DNA of 64,000 nucleotides from Macrostomum lignano. Taxonomy: Eukaryota. Positions 23,072 to 36,400 of this stretch are shown here, piece by piece. The stretch covers positions 1 through 64,000 of the forward strand of contig NIVC01003091.1 in assembly GCA_002269645.1 (NCBI GenBank). The letters run 5' to 3'. The notes under the pieces were generated by a model. The model made no database searches. It saw only the letters and a list, made by a program, of their open reading frames with translations, and was not told where the DNA came from. The translations under genes and the position numbers were made by a program. The first letter of the stretch is position 1. Every line of letters starts with the position of its first letter.

Positions 23072-23744
23072 TGTTAGTACAGACTGTACTTTAGCATATC
23101 AGTCTATCGATTGACCCGATTGTCTTTAACGCAACAAACGACCTTGATTTGCTTTGTCATATCCAGAGCTTAATTTCTAAGTTTTTGGTTTATAGATTTT
23201 ATAAATAGTTCTTATTTTTTTGTTATTGTCGTAGCCTGACTTTTTCTCCAGCATTTTTCTACTATTTTCATCTGATGTGCCGATAGAAATAAATGCGAGC
23301 GTATATATTAGAGAATTTTTTAATCTGATAATAATATTCAGAAACTGTAATATTTGTTTTGTGTTTAGATGTATATAAGGAAATATATTTTTCTCAAAAA
23401 TTAACAGTTTTAATTAAGAATTTGTAGACTAAAAACTGAAATTGTCTTAGATAAATAATTTTTTTTATTTCAGTCGATAACTAATACTCTTTATAGTAGA
23501 TAGAGAGTAATATGGGATAATTATCTTAGAAACGATAGTCCTTATCTAGGCATTTTAAAGCCATTAAAGAATAACTCATTATAAGTGACATGAAATTTAG
23601 ATATAGATAGGTAGCTTGTGAGAATTAAGCTGAAAAAATTGAAGCATTTAATGAATAATAAATTAAAATCAATACAATATTTTCACCACAGTGAACAATT
23701 CCCATTAATGAAGAAATTCACTGTCGATATCAAATATCTTTGTT

Positions 23745-24370
23745 TCATCATCTCTCATCATCCCAGCTTCATCATCTTCATCGCCCTAGCTTCATCATCT
23801 CCCATCATCCCAGCTTCATCATCTTCATCATCCCAGCTTCATCATCTTCATCGTCCTAGCTTCATCATCCCTCATCATCCCAGCTTCATCATCTTCCATC
23901 ATCCCAGCTTCATCATTTCCCATCATCCCAGCTTCATCATCTCCCATCATCCCAGCTTCATCATCTTCATCATCCTAGCTTCATCATCTCCCATCATCCC
24001 AGCTTCATCATCTTCATCATCCTAGCTTCATCATCTCCCATCATCCCAGCTTCATCATCTTCATCGTCCTAGCTTCATCATCCCTCATCACCCCAGCTTC
24101 ATAATCTTCCATCATCCCAGCTTCATCATCTCCCATCATCCCAGCTTCATCATCTCTCCCATCTTCATCATCTCCCATCATCTTAGCTTCATCATCTCTC
24201 CCATCTTCATCATCTCCCATCATCTTAGCTTCATCATATCTCCCATCTTCATCTTCATCTTCATCAGAATTTCTAGCTCCACAAAATCTCTTATCTTTAT
24301 CATCCGCTCGTACCCTCCCAGCTTCATCTTTTTTTCTAGCTTCATCATATCTCCTCAGCTTCATCATACA
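23745..24370 (+). repeat. CATCAT/CCCAGCTTCATCAT degenerate repeat
   Basis: Direct reading; lies just 3' of the TRP channel stop codon. Confidence 0.9.
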
Positions 24371-24479
24371 TGTCCATGTATCTCCCAGCTTCACGATATT
24401 AGTTAGTTTCACCCCGTCCGAATCCTATAAGAAAAGGCTTCAAAACGTAAGTTATCGTTAATATTATAGCTTATAAACT

Positions 24480-27400
24480 TTAGAAGCTCATCTTCCTGCC
24501 TGTTGAACTGCTCAAAGCCTCAAGTTCGCTTTCAACCCTAGCAGTTCCAGCCGTTTTGCAGCGTCGGTACGCACCTATTGACGATTGAGCAGATTGTTCA
24601 ATCTGTCCTAGGGTCTCCAGCTGGATGCTTGACGTCGTCCCTTGCCGCTCGGCCTCAATATCGACCACCGTGCACAGGGTTGACGAATTCTCGGGTGCAT
24701 CCGAACCGGTCTTGGCGGTAAATGTTTTAGCCGACGTTTCCGTTGGCGGCAGGTGCAAATCCACCCAGCTGGCCTGGTTTCTGTCGCTGACTGTGGACCT
24801 CACCCGCAGGGTTCGCTTGCGTCGATCGCAAGCGATGAGGCGGCCCAGACGGCACAGTTTGTGCCAGAAGCCGTATCTGATTTTGTTGGCGCGTTGTACT
24901 CTGTGCAAAAAGTGCATGGTGGACTTGCTCTTGGCGACGCGATCGATAAAGCTGACTAGAACCGCGATGAGAAAGTTAAGAGTCAGTATAGCGAACATCA
25001 AGATGTAGACAAAGTGCAACACCTTGATCTCGGTCTTCTTGAACTCCATGGTCAGAGTGGAGTTGCCAAATCGTCGGGTGGTCGGGTCGAACAGGTTCAG
25101 CGAGGTGGTGAAGATCCGGTAGAACTCGCCAAGAAAGCTGGGCATGTCCATGCTGGCGAACTGGCCCATGTCGGCGCCCACCTGGTGCAAGATGCCGGCA
25201 GTCTGAGCCCAGAACAGATTGGCGAATATCACGATGCAGAAGATGTAGATTAGGCTAAGCTGCATGAAGCGCTCCAGCACTTGACGAAACATCATCACGG
25301 TTTCGCCAAACAATGGCGCACTCTCCATCATGTACAGAAACAGCAGGTTGACGCACAGGGCGCACATGTGCAAGAAGCAGCCGATGCCTTGAGAGATTGT
25401 GTCAAACTCTTGAGCGATGGTTTTCACGGATAGAATCGCTTCGCTCGATGTAAAATTGAGGCTAACTCGCTGAATAAGTGCGCAAGCGCTGAGCTGTACC
25501 AGCCCGAGTGAGCAGGAGTTGGTAAAACTGCTGTTGAAGTAGGTCGCCAGAAGCCAGTAGCAGATCCAGCAAAGCAGGCACACGATGAGCAGCAGATCGG
25601 TGCGCTGAGTGCGTCTCTCGTACAGATGGCGGTAGCGCACGCTGCGCCACTTCAGCTTGCAGTGGCTGATTGCGACGGATGCCAGCACGCGGAATGGGAA
25701 CAGCGCCGCTTTAACCAGAATCATCAGGGCGATGACTAAACCCACAATTTGCACCACCTTATGCCCGTCCGCTATGTCAATATAAAACGGCGTTGTCTCA
25801 TTGCAAAAGTTGTTGCGCATTTCAACTATCAGAGCGTCAAGCTTGCTGCTTTCGAGTCCCAGAACGTAGCGCAGCCTCTTCTCGACGTCCTCCTTCGCTA
25901 GCATGACGCCGGCGTGGATCGGCACCGTCACTGGCGGCCTGGCAACCGGGCTGCACTTCACCGCGGCCAGTGGGTCGGCTGCGGCAGCCGACTCGTGGAA
26001 GAAGCCGTACTGCATCGGCATGGGGATGTACAGCATGCACAAGCAGAGAATCCAGGGCAGCAGTTCGAAGGCTAAAACGATTTTAACGCTCCACGAGATG
26101 CCCATGCGCAGCAGGGCCGGCTGCTGCAGGAAGCCGGACTCCTGCAGGCGGGCGATCTGCTCTGGCGAGGTCAGCGAAGTCAGCAGAACCATTGGCGCTC
26201 GATGATACCTGTTGCGATGACTGCCAACGATGTACTCGTCCAACAGGTAGTTCTTAGTAACTAAGTTGCCATGCACGCTGGAGTGAACGTAGACACCCGG
26301 CAGTTCTAATAAGATCACCGCCAGCTCGTAGCACTCCAGGTAGATGGCTAATTCCAAACTGTTGAAGTCGAAGTCATCGGTTCGTCTGGCCGTTGCGCGG
26401 GTGACCGCCGCACCTCCGGACTCCAGGGCTGTCCGCAGGAACTCAGCGTAGGCGGCTGTGGGTTTCACCTGCCACATTTTTCAGATTGCGCAATTATTTT
26501 TCGAAGTAGTAGCTTTACAAGATTGCATCGCTATATCAAAAAGTTACGACTTTCCTACTCAAGTTTTACTTTTCCATGTTATGTGTACATATTCCTACTG
26601 AAAGTACGAGATAAAAGTCCAAAAATGTACTTTTGGGGAGATGGGAGATGGGAGGGGCGATTCTCTATGGGGGGAGATGGGAGGGGCGATTCTCTATGGG
26701 GGGGGAGATGGGAGGGGCGATTCTCTATGGTTGAGATTGGAGGGGTGATTCTCCATGGGGGGTCAATGGGGGAGATGGGAGGGGCGATTATCTCTATGGG
26801 GGGATGGGAGGGGCGATTCTATATGTGGATATGGGAGGGGCGATTCTCTATGGAGAGATGGGAGGGGCGATTCTCTATGGGGGGAGATGGGAGGGGCGAT
26901 TATCTCTATGGGGGGATGGGAGGGGCGATTCTATATGTGGATATGGGAGGGGCGATTCTCTATGGGGGGAGATGGGAGGGGCGATTCTCTATGGTTGAGA
27001 TTGGAGGGGTGATTCTCTATGGATTCTCTATGGGGAGATGGGAGGGGCGATTCTCTATGGGGGGAGATGGGAGGGGCGATTCTCTATGGGGGGAGATGGG
27101 AGGGGCGATTCTCTATGGGGAGATGGGAGGGGCGATTTTCTATGGGGGGAGATGGGAGGGGCGATTTCTATGTGGCAGATAGGAGGGGCGATTCTCTATG
27201 GGGAGATGGGAGGGGCGATTTCTATGTGGCAGATAGGAGGGGCGATTCTCTATGGGGAGATGGGAGGGGCGATTCTCTATGTGGCAGATAGGAGGGGCGA
27301 TTCTCTATGGGGAGATGGGAGGGGCGATTCTCTATGGGGGGATGGGAGGGGCGATTCTCTATGTGGGAGATGGGAGGGGCAATTCTCTATGTGGCAGATA

Positions 27401-30400
27401 GGAGGGGCGATTCTCTATGGGGAGATGGGAGGGGCGATTTCTATGTGGCAGATAGGAGGGGCGATTCTCTATGGGGAGATGGGAGGGGCGATTCTCTATG
27501 TGGCAGATAGGAGGGGCGATTCTCTATGGGGAGATAGGAGGGGCGATTCTCTATGGGGAGATGGGAGGGGCGATTCTCTATGGGGAGATAGGAGGGGCGA
27601 TTCTCTATGGGGAGATGGGAGGGGCGATTCTCTATGGGGAGATGGGAGATGTGAAGACAGTTAAAATTATATCATTCTACAAATTATTTAATAATTGGCA
27701 TTCATTTAGGATGATTCTTAGCTGTCAAATGATGACGATATAGCTAGTCTAAAAATAAGAGCAAAAAAGTGCAGACGTTATAGTGCAAAACAATCTCTCT
27801 GAAGCACAATGGACAAAAACTCAACTGTGCAATAGTTTAGGGTAACTAGGAAAACATTGACGCGGAATTGCACCACTTTCTATTAATAGATTGGCTGGAG
27901 GGGTAGCTCGCAAAAGCCTTAATTCTAATTGTACAGTGTACACTGAAATGCCTACATTTTAAACATTCTAGACCTAGCTACTAACAGTAGGTGAATAGCA
28001 TATTGCTAGATATTTTCACTGGCGGAGAGGCAGCGCTTGCGCTACATGGCGAGACAGTTGCGAGAACGGAGCTGCAGGAGAGAAAAGCCCAGTGCCAGTC
28101 AGTGTACACTCTCCGCGGGGATTGATGCTGTGCTATTTTTAGCTCAGTGAGTGACGCACAGCGAGTGACAACAAGCGGCGGGCGGGCGGGCGAGACAGCC
28201 ATTATAAATAGCGAACAGCCCGGGCTGTGGTGAAAATCAACTGAGAAAGCGGATTAAACAGTCCGTTTTATTGCTCCATACTCTACTACACTTTAGATAG
28301 ATTTTTTACTATTAATAAAAGAATTATCAATAATCATATCATGGGATTATCCGGTCGACGAAGAGCCAAGCCCATCAATCGTAGATCTGCAGCAGCAACA
28401 ACAAACTCATCGCCTGCTACAGAGGAGGATTTTCACGCTACTCATCGTATTCAGGAGAGCAAAGTCAGGCGCCTGGGTCACACGTATCGCAGAGTTCTGC
28501 ACGCCGAGGCCAGAGAGAGGAAGCACACTAATCTGCTGGCATTCCACACCAACAGAGGCTGGAGTAACAGCCTACTGCCTGCTGAGCAGGCCCGTCATCC
28601 AGATATTCAAGTGTCAACTAATGCTAATTTTTACAATCGGAAAATGATCAGGCTGATGGATAAAGAGTGAGTACTTTGTATTCGATGCTTCCTTGCCTTT
28701 TAGCTCAGGTACTGTATAGGCGCTCCTGTCTCTTGGTGGGCGCCCCTTACTCTTGTCTCTCAGGCCGATGGGTACCACGTCCAAGAGGTGGCAAAAGCTG
28801 AGTTAACAGCTTCCTCGTCATTGGAGCAGTGCCTGTTTTATTGGATAGCAATTTTCGTGGGGTGACAGTGACCCCTTCTGCCCCCGTACGCCGCTTAAGG
28901 CCCGTAGGCACCATTACTTATGAGACATGACATCTTATGAGCACCATGTATATCATATATCATCAACCAATTCCTTGCGCAGTTTCACTAGCGACGTGAC
29001 CTACTCTCTAAACAAGAATCAACGATGGAACTTCATCAAGCAACTGGTAGAAGAGTACGATGCCAACGAGGAGTTGAAGTCGCAGAACGTCTTCTTTACT
29101 GAAGCCGTCGCCAGAGGACACAGGGAAGCGTCAGCGAAGAAGTTGTTGACAAACGCAACTTACACGGTGAAGGCAGCGGACGAACTGAGACACCACAAGA
29201 AGGAGCTCAATAAAAAGATCGTTCGCGAGTCTGCAAAGCAGAAGAAGCTGAGTGCCGCGGTGCGAAATCAGCTAAAGCAGCAGGTGCTGAACAATGATAG
29301 ATTCCAGTTTAGCGACCAAGAGAAGAGCATGCAGACGGAGCGACCTCTGATTACCATTGGTTCAGCTAGCCGCGGCGGATCCGTGAACAAGGCCTCCATC
29401 CAGCGAACCTGCAACCTGTGGAATCACCTGTACAAAGTGTCACCCAATGCTGAGGAAGTCCGGGGTGACCTGCAGCGCGACTACGACAGTCGGATGAGCG
29501 TCAGCGTTGGCACCTGCGTGCCCTGCCCTGGCGTCGATGTTAAACGGTGCACCCAGTCGGAGAAGGAAACAAAGACTGTGAAGCGGTATGACCTTCGACG
29601 GCCAAGTCCAAGGAAGAGGGAACGGATGCTTCAGAAGCGGAGGCGATTTGAAATGGAGATGCAATTCGACATGGACGGATGCTGGCATCTGCCGGAGACA
29701 ACTGCATCTACCGAGGCGGACGAGGAGCTGGATGTCTGCCCTGACCGTCCGACCGAGTGCATCGCTCTAATTGAGTTTGCTCGACCGAAGATTTCGGCCA
29801 ATCGGGACAAGAAACTGGCGGCCAAGGAGCGCAAGCTGCGTCATCAGCAGCTGATGGAGAATAAGAGGAAGCAGCGTAGCAACAGCGACCAGACTTCCGG
29901 CGGAAGCTCCGGCTACGACTCAGGCGCGGAGGAGAGCGTGGAGAAGTTCGAAACTCAGATAGAAACGGTTAAAGAAGTTGATCAATTCGATATTCGGCTG
30001 GCTCAGTCGGTGGAGGCCAGTCTATGCTCTCCTCGACCAGTGGTTGCCGTGCCGCGAGTCGCAGCTCAGACCAGCCGCATTGCTGAGCTGTTTGCTGAGG
30101 CTTCGATCTCAAGCGCTCTGGCTATCTCTGCGTCTACACCAAGGAAGCTGGCTGTTATGCTGCATCCCGATCTCTCAGAGAGCATCGTTTTCGAAGAGAT
30201 GGACGAGACAGACTCCGACGGGACTCGGTTCTCGGTTCAGCACTTGCGTCGAAGCGATGCAGCGGCTCCGAGAACATCAGCAGCCGAAGTGGCTACTCAG
30301 GCTGATCCGTTTGACTTTCTGCGAAGACTTGCAGCTGACGCGGCCTCGAGTGAGCCGGCGGCTTGTGGGGCTCCCGAAAAGGCAGCTACCGCAGGGGCCA

Positions 30401-33400
30401 CGATCTTGGGCTGGAAGCCAGCAAAGGCGATCTCCGAGTCGGAGGCGCGGCTGGCCGCAATCCGAGCTCTGCCGATGTTCAATCCGCCATCGACTGTCGC
30501 TGTCGATGCCGAGCTGGTGCCCGCTCTAGACTGCGAGATCTGCTGCCAGCAGCTGCCTGTCGGCACCGCCGACTCCTTCGCCGATGGTGCTACAATGCTG
30601 GGCGAGTGCGGCCACCGCTTCTGCAACCCCTGCTGGCTGCAGCACGTCGCTAGCAGCGTCGCCCGAGGCCGCGCCGACGTCTCGTGTCCGGGCTTCCGGT
30701 GCGAGACGCCGCTGGACCCGGCCACGCTGCTGTGGTTCTGCCCGGCCGACCTCGTGTCGGCTCTGGCCGCAGCCGCCTTCCGATTGTGGCTGTCGGATCG
30801 AAGCGAGCAGCGGGTCCAGCGGCGGCTGTGCCCGCTGACGAACTGCGGCAGAGTATTGGAGAGCCCAACCGGAGTGAACGCCGTGTGCCAGTGCAGCGGC
30901 TGGGGCCTCTGCGTTGGGTGCGGCCAGGAGCCGCATTGGCCGAGCGACTGCGCCACCGCCTCTAAGTGAGTATCTCTGAATGCACGCACATGCTCTGGCG
31001 TCTGTCATCCGTAGCTTCAGTTGTTTATAAATAAACACACATTGATTCTCACTGTTTAGATATCGCGCCAAGATGAAGTCTCTCGGACACGAGAAGCTTC
31101 TGCTAAGCGATCTGAACGCCGAGACCGACGTGAACGCCAAGCAGTGCCCGTCCTGCTTCCTGCTGATGGAGAAGGGTGTCGGCTGCAATCACATGTCCTG
31201 TCCGTGCGGAGAGCACTTCTGCTGGTGGTGCGGCCAGACGATGCGCGACCACAAAAGCGGTCCCTGCTTTGGCGCCAAAGTCAAGACCCGGTCCGAGTTC
31301 CGCGTCCAACGCGTGTTCACCGCGCAGGACTCCTTCCTAGTGCCCAACAGCACCCAGTCCCGGGCCTATTGTGCCGCAGTTCGAGTTCGCCTCGGCCGAG
31401 CCAGCAGTAAGACTTCTCTCGGACTGAGCAACGTCACGGTCAAGAAGCTGGCGAGTCTGTTCGCGTCCAACTTGATTCGATTTCAGCGAGTCGCCTGGTC
31501 CGAGGCCGAACGTCGAGCTCGGGAGACGGCCAGCCGGCTGGTGCGAGCGACAGCGCACGCCAGCTACCTGGTGGAGTATTCGTACGCCTACCTGGACAAT
31601 CAGCGGGTTGAACGGCGTACTGGCACCGCCGTGCGAGCTCTGGGGAGTCACATTGTCCAGCTGGTTGACTCGATGTCTAGCGAAGCTAAAGTGCAAAGCA
31701 AAAGAGGATTCCAGGGGCCGAAGCAGACACGGCTGGCCTGTGAGCGGCTGCTGATGATGCTGAGCTGTCTGGAGAGCAAATGCCGGCTTCTGTACTGCAT
31801 CGTGGCCAATCAGCGAACTCAAGCAACTCGACTTGACCACAAAGGGAAGACTTTGAAGGCGTGAATCGTGACTGATGCTCTTTGCTCCATGAAATAATTG
31901 TCAGTTGTATTCAATCATACCAAAGTAGAATGGCTAATCAACTTCTCATGATGGCAATAATAAATAAACATCATGATTTATTTCTGGCTAAATTGTCCAA
32001 TAAATTTTTTTTAACTTTGAATCGCAAAGGACAGCTATTTTTTCTACGAAATCAACCTTTACTCACATTGGGACGCCTTCAGAAGATCATTTGGAGCGGG
32101 TGTCATTGTTATTACCATAAAATTTTTCTTAAGATTTCATGTAACAGTGCTATAAGTGCTACTGAAAGTAAGTAATATCCACATGGAATGACGAAACGCG
32201 TTAGACCCAGACATCACGCAGAAAGACACGGGGGCACCAAGCTTAAAGACACGGGGCACCAAGCTTAAAGACACGGGGCACCAAGCTTAAAGACACGGGG
32301 CACCAAGCTTAAAGACACGGGGCACCAAGCTTAAAGACACGGGGCACCAAGCTTAAAGACACGGGGCTTTAAGCTTGAAGACACGGGGACACTAAGCTTA
32401 AAGACACGGGGCACTAAGCTTAAAGACACGCGAGAACCAAGCTTAAAAACCCGGAGCACCAAGCTTAAAGACACGGGGCACCGAGCTTAAAGACACGGGG
32501 CACCAAGCTTAAAGACACGGGGGCACCAAGCTTTAAGACACGGGGGCACCAAGCTTAAAGACACGGGGCACTAAGCTTAAAGACACGGGGCACCAAGCTT
32601 AAAGACCCGGGGCACTAAGCTTAAAGACACGGGGGAACCAAGCTTAAAGACACGGGGCACCAAGCTCAAAGACACGGGGCACCAAGCTTAAAGACACGGG
32701 GGAACCAAGCTTAAAGACACGGGGGCACCAAGCTTAAAGACACGGGGGAACCAAGCTTAAAGACACGGGGCACTAAGCTTAAAGACACGGGGCACTAAGC
32801 TTAAAGACACGGGGCACTAAGCTTAAAGACCCGGGGAACTAAGCTTAAAGACACGGGGGAACCAAGCTTAAAGACACGGGGCACCAAGCTCAAAGACACG
32901 GGGCACTAAGCTTAAAGACCCGGGGCACTAAGCTTAAAGACACGGGGGCACTAAGCTTAAAGACACGGGGGCACCAAGCTTAAAGACCCGGGGCACTAAG
33001 CTTAAAGACCCGGGGCACCAAGCTTAAAGACACGGGGGCACCAAGCTTAAAGACCCGGGGCACTAAGCTTAAAGACACGGGGCACCAAGCTTAAAGACCC
33101 GGGGCACTAAGCTTAAAGACACGGGGCACCAAGCTTAAAGACACGGGGCACTAAGCCTAAAGACACACGGCACCAAGCTTAAAGACACGGGGCACCAAGC
33201 TTAAAGACACGGGGCACCAAGCTTAAAGACACGGGGGCACCAAGCTTAAAGACCCGGGGCACTAAGCTTAAAGACACGGGGCACCAAGCTTAAAGACCCG
33301 GGGCACTAAGCTTAAAGACACGGGGCACCAAGCTTAAAGACACGGGGCACTAAGCCTAAAGACACACGGCACCAAGCTTAAAGACACGGGGCACCAAGCT

Positions 33401-36400
33401 TAAAGACACGGGGCACCAAGCTTAAAGACACGAGACTGCAAGCTTAAAGACACGAGACTGCAAGCTTAAAGACACGGGCACTAAGCTTAAAGACACGAGA
33501 CTGCAAGCTTAAAGACACGAGACTCCAAGCTTAAAGACACGGGCACCAAGCTTAAAGACACGAGACTGCAAGCTTAAAGACACGGGCACCAAGCTTAAAG
33601 ACACGAGACTGCAAGCTTAAAGACACGGGCACCAAGCTTAAAGACACGAGACTGCAAGCTTAAAGACACGTACGGGCACCAAGCTTAAAGACACGAGACT
33701 GCAAGCTTAAAGACACGGGCACCAAGCTTAAAGACACGGGCACCAAGCTTAAAGACACGAGACTGCAAGCTTAAAGACACGGGCACCAAGCTTAAAGACA
33801 CGAGACTGCAAGCTTAAAGACACGTACGGGCACCAAGCTTAAAGACACGAGACTGCAAGCTTAAAGACCCGGGCACGAAGCTTAAAGACACGGGCACCAA
33901 GCTTAAAGACACGAGACTGCAAGCTTAAAGACACGGGCACCAAGCTTAAAGACACGAGACTGCAAGCTTAAAGACACGTACGGGCACCAAGCTTAAAGAC
34001 ACGAGACTGCAAGCTTAAAGACACGGGCACCAAGCTTAAAGACACGCGGCACCAAGCTTAAAGACACGAGACTGCAAGCTTAAAGACACGGGCACCAAGC
34101 TTAAAGACACGAGACTGCAAGCTTAAAGACACGAGACTGCAAGCTTAAAGACACGGGCACCAAGCTTAAAGACACGAGACTGCAAGCTTAAAAACACGGG
34201 CACCAAGCTTAAAGACACGGGCACCAAGCTTAAAGACACGAGACTGCAAGCTTAAAGACACGTACGGGCACCAAGCTTAAAGACACGAGACTGCAAGCTT
34301 AAAGACACGGGCACCAAGCTTAAAGACACGAGACTGCAAGCTTAAAGACACGGGCACCAAGCTTAAAGACACGAGACTGCAAGCTTAAAGACACGAGACT
34401 CCAAGCTTAAAGACACGGGGCACTAAGCTTAAAGACACGAAACTGCAAGCTTAAAGACACGGGCACCAAGCTTAAAGACACGGGCACCAAACTTAAAGAC
34501 ACGGGGCACTAAGCTTAAAGACACGGGCACCAAGCTTAAAGACACGAGACTGCAAGCTTAAAGACACGGGCACCAAGCTTAAAGACACGAGACTGCAAGC
34601 TTAAAGACACGGGCACTAAGCTTAAAGACACGAGACTGCAAGCTTAAAGACACGAGACTGCAAGCTTAAAGACACGGGGCACTAAGCTTAAAGACACGAG
34701 ACTGCAAGCTTAAAGACACGAGACTGCAAGCTTAAAGACACGGGGCACTAAGCTTAAAGACACGAGACTGCAAGCTTAAAGACACGAGACTGCAAGCTTA
34801 AAGACACGAGACTGCAAGCTTAAAGACACGAGACTGCAAGCTTAAAGACACGAGACTGCAAGCTTAAAGACACGAGACTCCAAGCTTAAAGACACGGGGC
34901 ACTAAGCTTAAAGACACGAGACTGCAAGCTTAAAGACACGAGACTGCAAGCTTAAAGACACGGGGCACTAAGCTTAAAGACACGGGGCACCAAGCTTAAA
35001 GACACGGGGGAACCAAGCTTAAAGACACGGGGCACCAAGCTTAAAGACATGGAAAGCAGTATATTCTGTAAAAGGTTGATCTAGCTATAACAATCTACCA
35101 GCTGCCCATAATGAATACGCATCAAATCATATTTGATAATTGCATTTCAGTCCGCCGCACTGAATCAGATAGCGGAGATCCAAGGGTTTAATTTAATTTG
35201 CCAAGGAGAGCAGCTTTGTGTGAATTGGCCCGCTGTATCAGCAAACATTGGCTGCTGTAGTAACCATGCTGACCTGCATTAGCATGGGAGCTTTTTGTCA
35301 CCGTGACGATAGCGCAATCAAATTAATTACAATCGCACTGGACTGACTATTTTTGAGTGTGTTGACTTTGCCAACCAATATACATTAGCTGAAGCTCTAG
35401 CTGATTCCGATTTTCGTTTTGAGAGCTGATTTTCAAAACAAATAAGAGAATCAATTAAGGATCAGGGCCAGAGAGTTGGAGGCCCCAAATTCGAAATGTT
35501 TAGTTGAGACGTTAGATCTGGAATCTGGGATTCGGAATCTAGTAGTTGGGACATTTGGAATCTGGAATCGGGACTTTGGGACTGGAATCGGGACTCTGGA
35601 ATCTGGAATTGGGACTTCGAAATCTAGAATCTGGACTTTGGAACCGGGACTTTGGGATCTAGCATCGGGACTTTGGAATCTGGAATCGGGACTTTAGAAT
35701 CTGGAATCGGGACTTTGGAATCTGGAATCGGGACTCTGGAATCTGGAATCGGGACTTTAGAATCTGGAATCGGGACTCTGAAAGCTGGAATCGGGACTTT
35801 GGAATCTGGAATCGGGACTTTAGGATCTGGAATCGGGACTTTGGAATCTGGAACCGGGACTTCAAAATCTAGAATCGGGATGCTGGAATCTGGAAACGGG
35901 ACTTTAGGATCTGGAATCGGGACTCTGGAATCTGGAATCGGGACTTTGGAATCTGGAACCGGGACTCTGGAATCTGGAACCGGGACTTCAAAATCTAGAA
36001 TCGAAGTCTGGAATCCAATCCATCCTCACCTGCTGATGGCAGCCCCAGCACAGGGCATGCAACAGGCTGCACATGTTCTTGTCCTCCAGACCGAAGATCC
36101 TGCCGGGCACCGCGGCGGCCTCAGCCTGCGACGCACTGGACTCTCTCGCCAGCTGAAACAGTCGCAGGAAGCAGCCTGAGGCCGCGTAAAATGCGCAGAG
36201 GTGAGCAACGTAGTGAAAGTCCATATCGGACGTGCTCCAGCTGTTGCAGCTGTCGTATTCGACTCGAAGGGAACAGATTGACGCCTGCTGATTGCCGTCG
36301 AGCTGGGATGACGTCATCGATGTAGCGTTGTCTGCATCCGGGTCGCTTAACTCGTCCTTCTGTTTATTGATATCGAAAATCGTATATCGTATATGATATC

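Noticed and set aside
19830-23114. 1094-aa S/L/F ORF
   Set aside because: Translation of a stop-free C/T microsatellite, with a non-ATG start.
23095-23114. The repeat ORF ends in YQSID*, identical to the caspase C-terminus
   Set aside because: Codons differ at the wobble positions, the flanks show no similarity and the ORF is a repeat artefact; most likely chance.
32225-35050. CRISPR-like appearance of regularly spaced short repeats (also 50255-51643)
   Set aside because: No unique spacers, no cas genes, eukaryotic context; plain tandem repeats.
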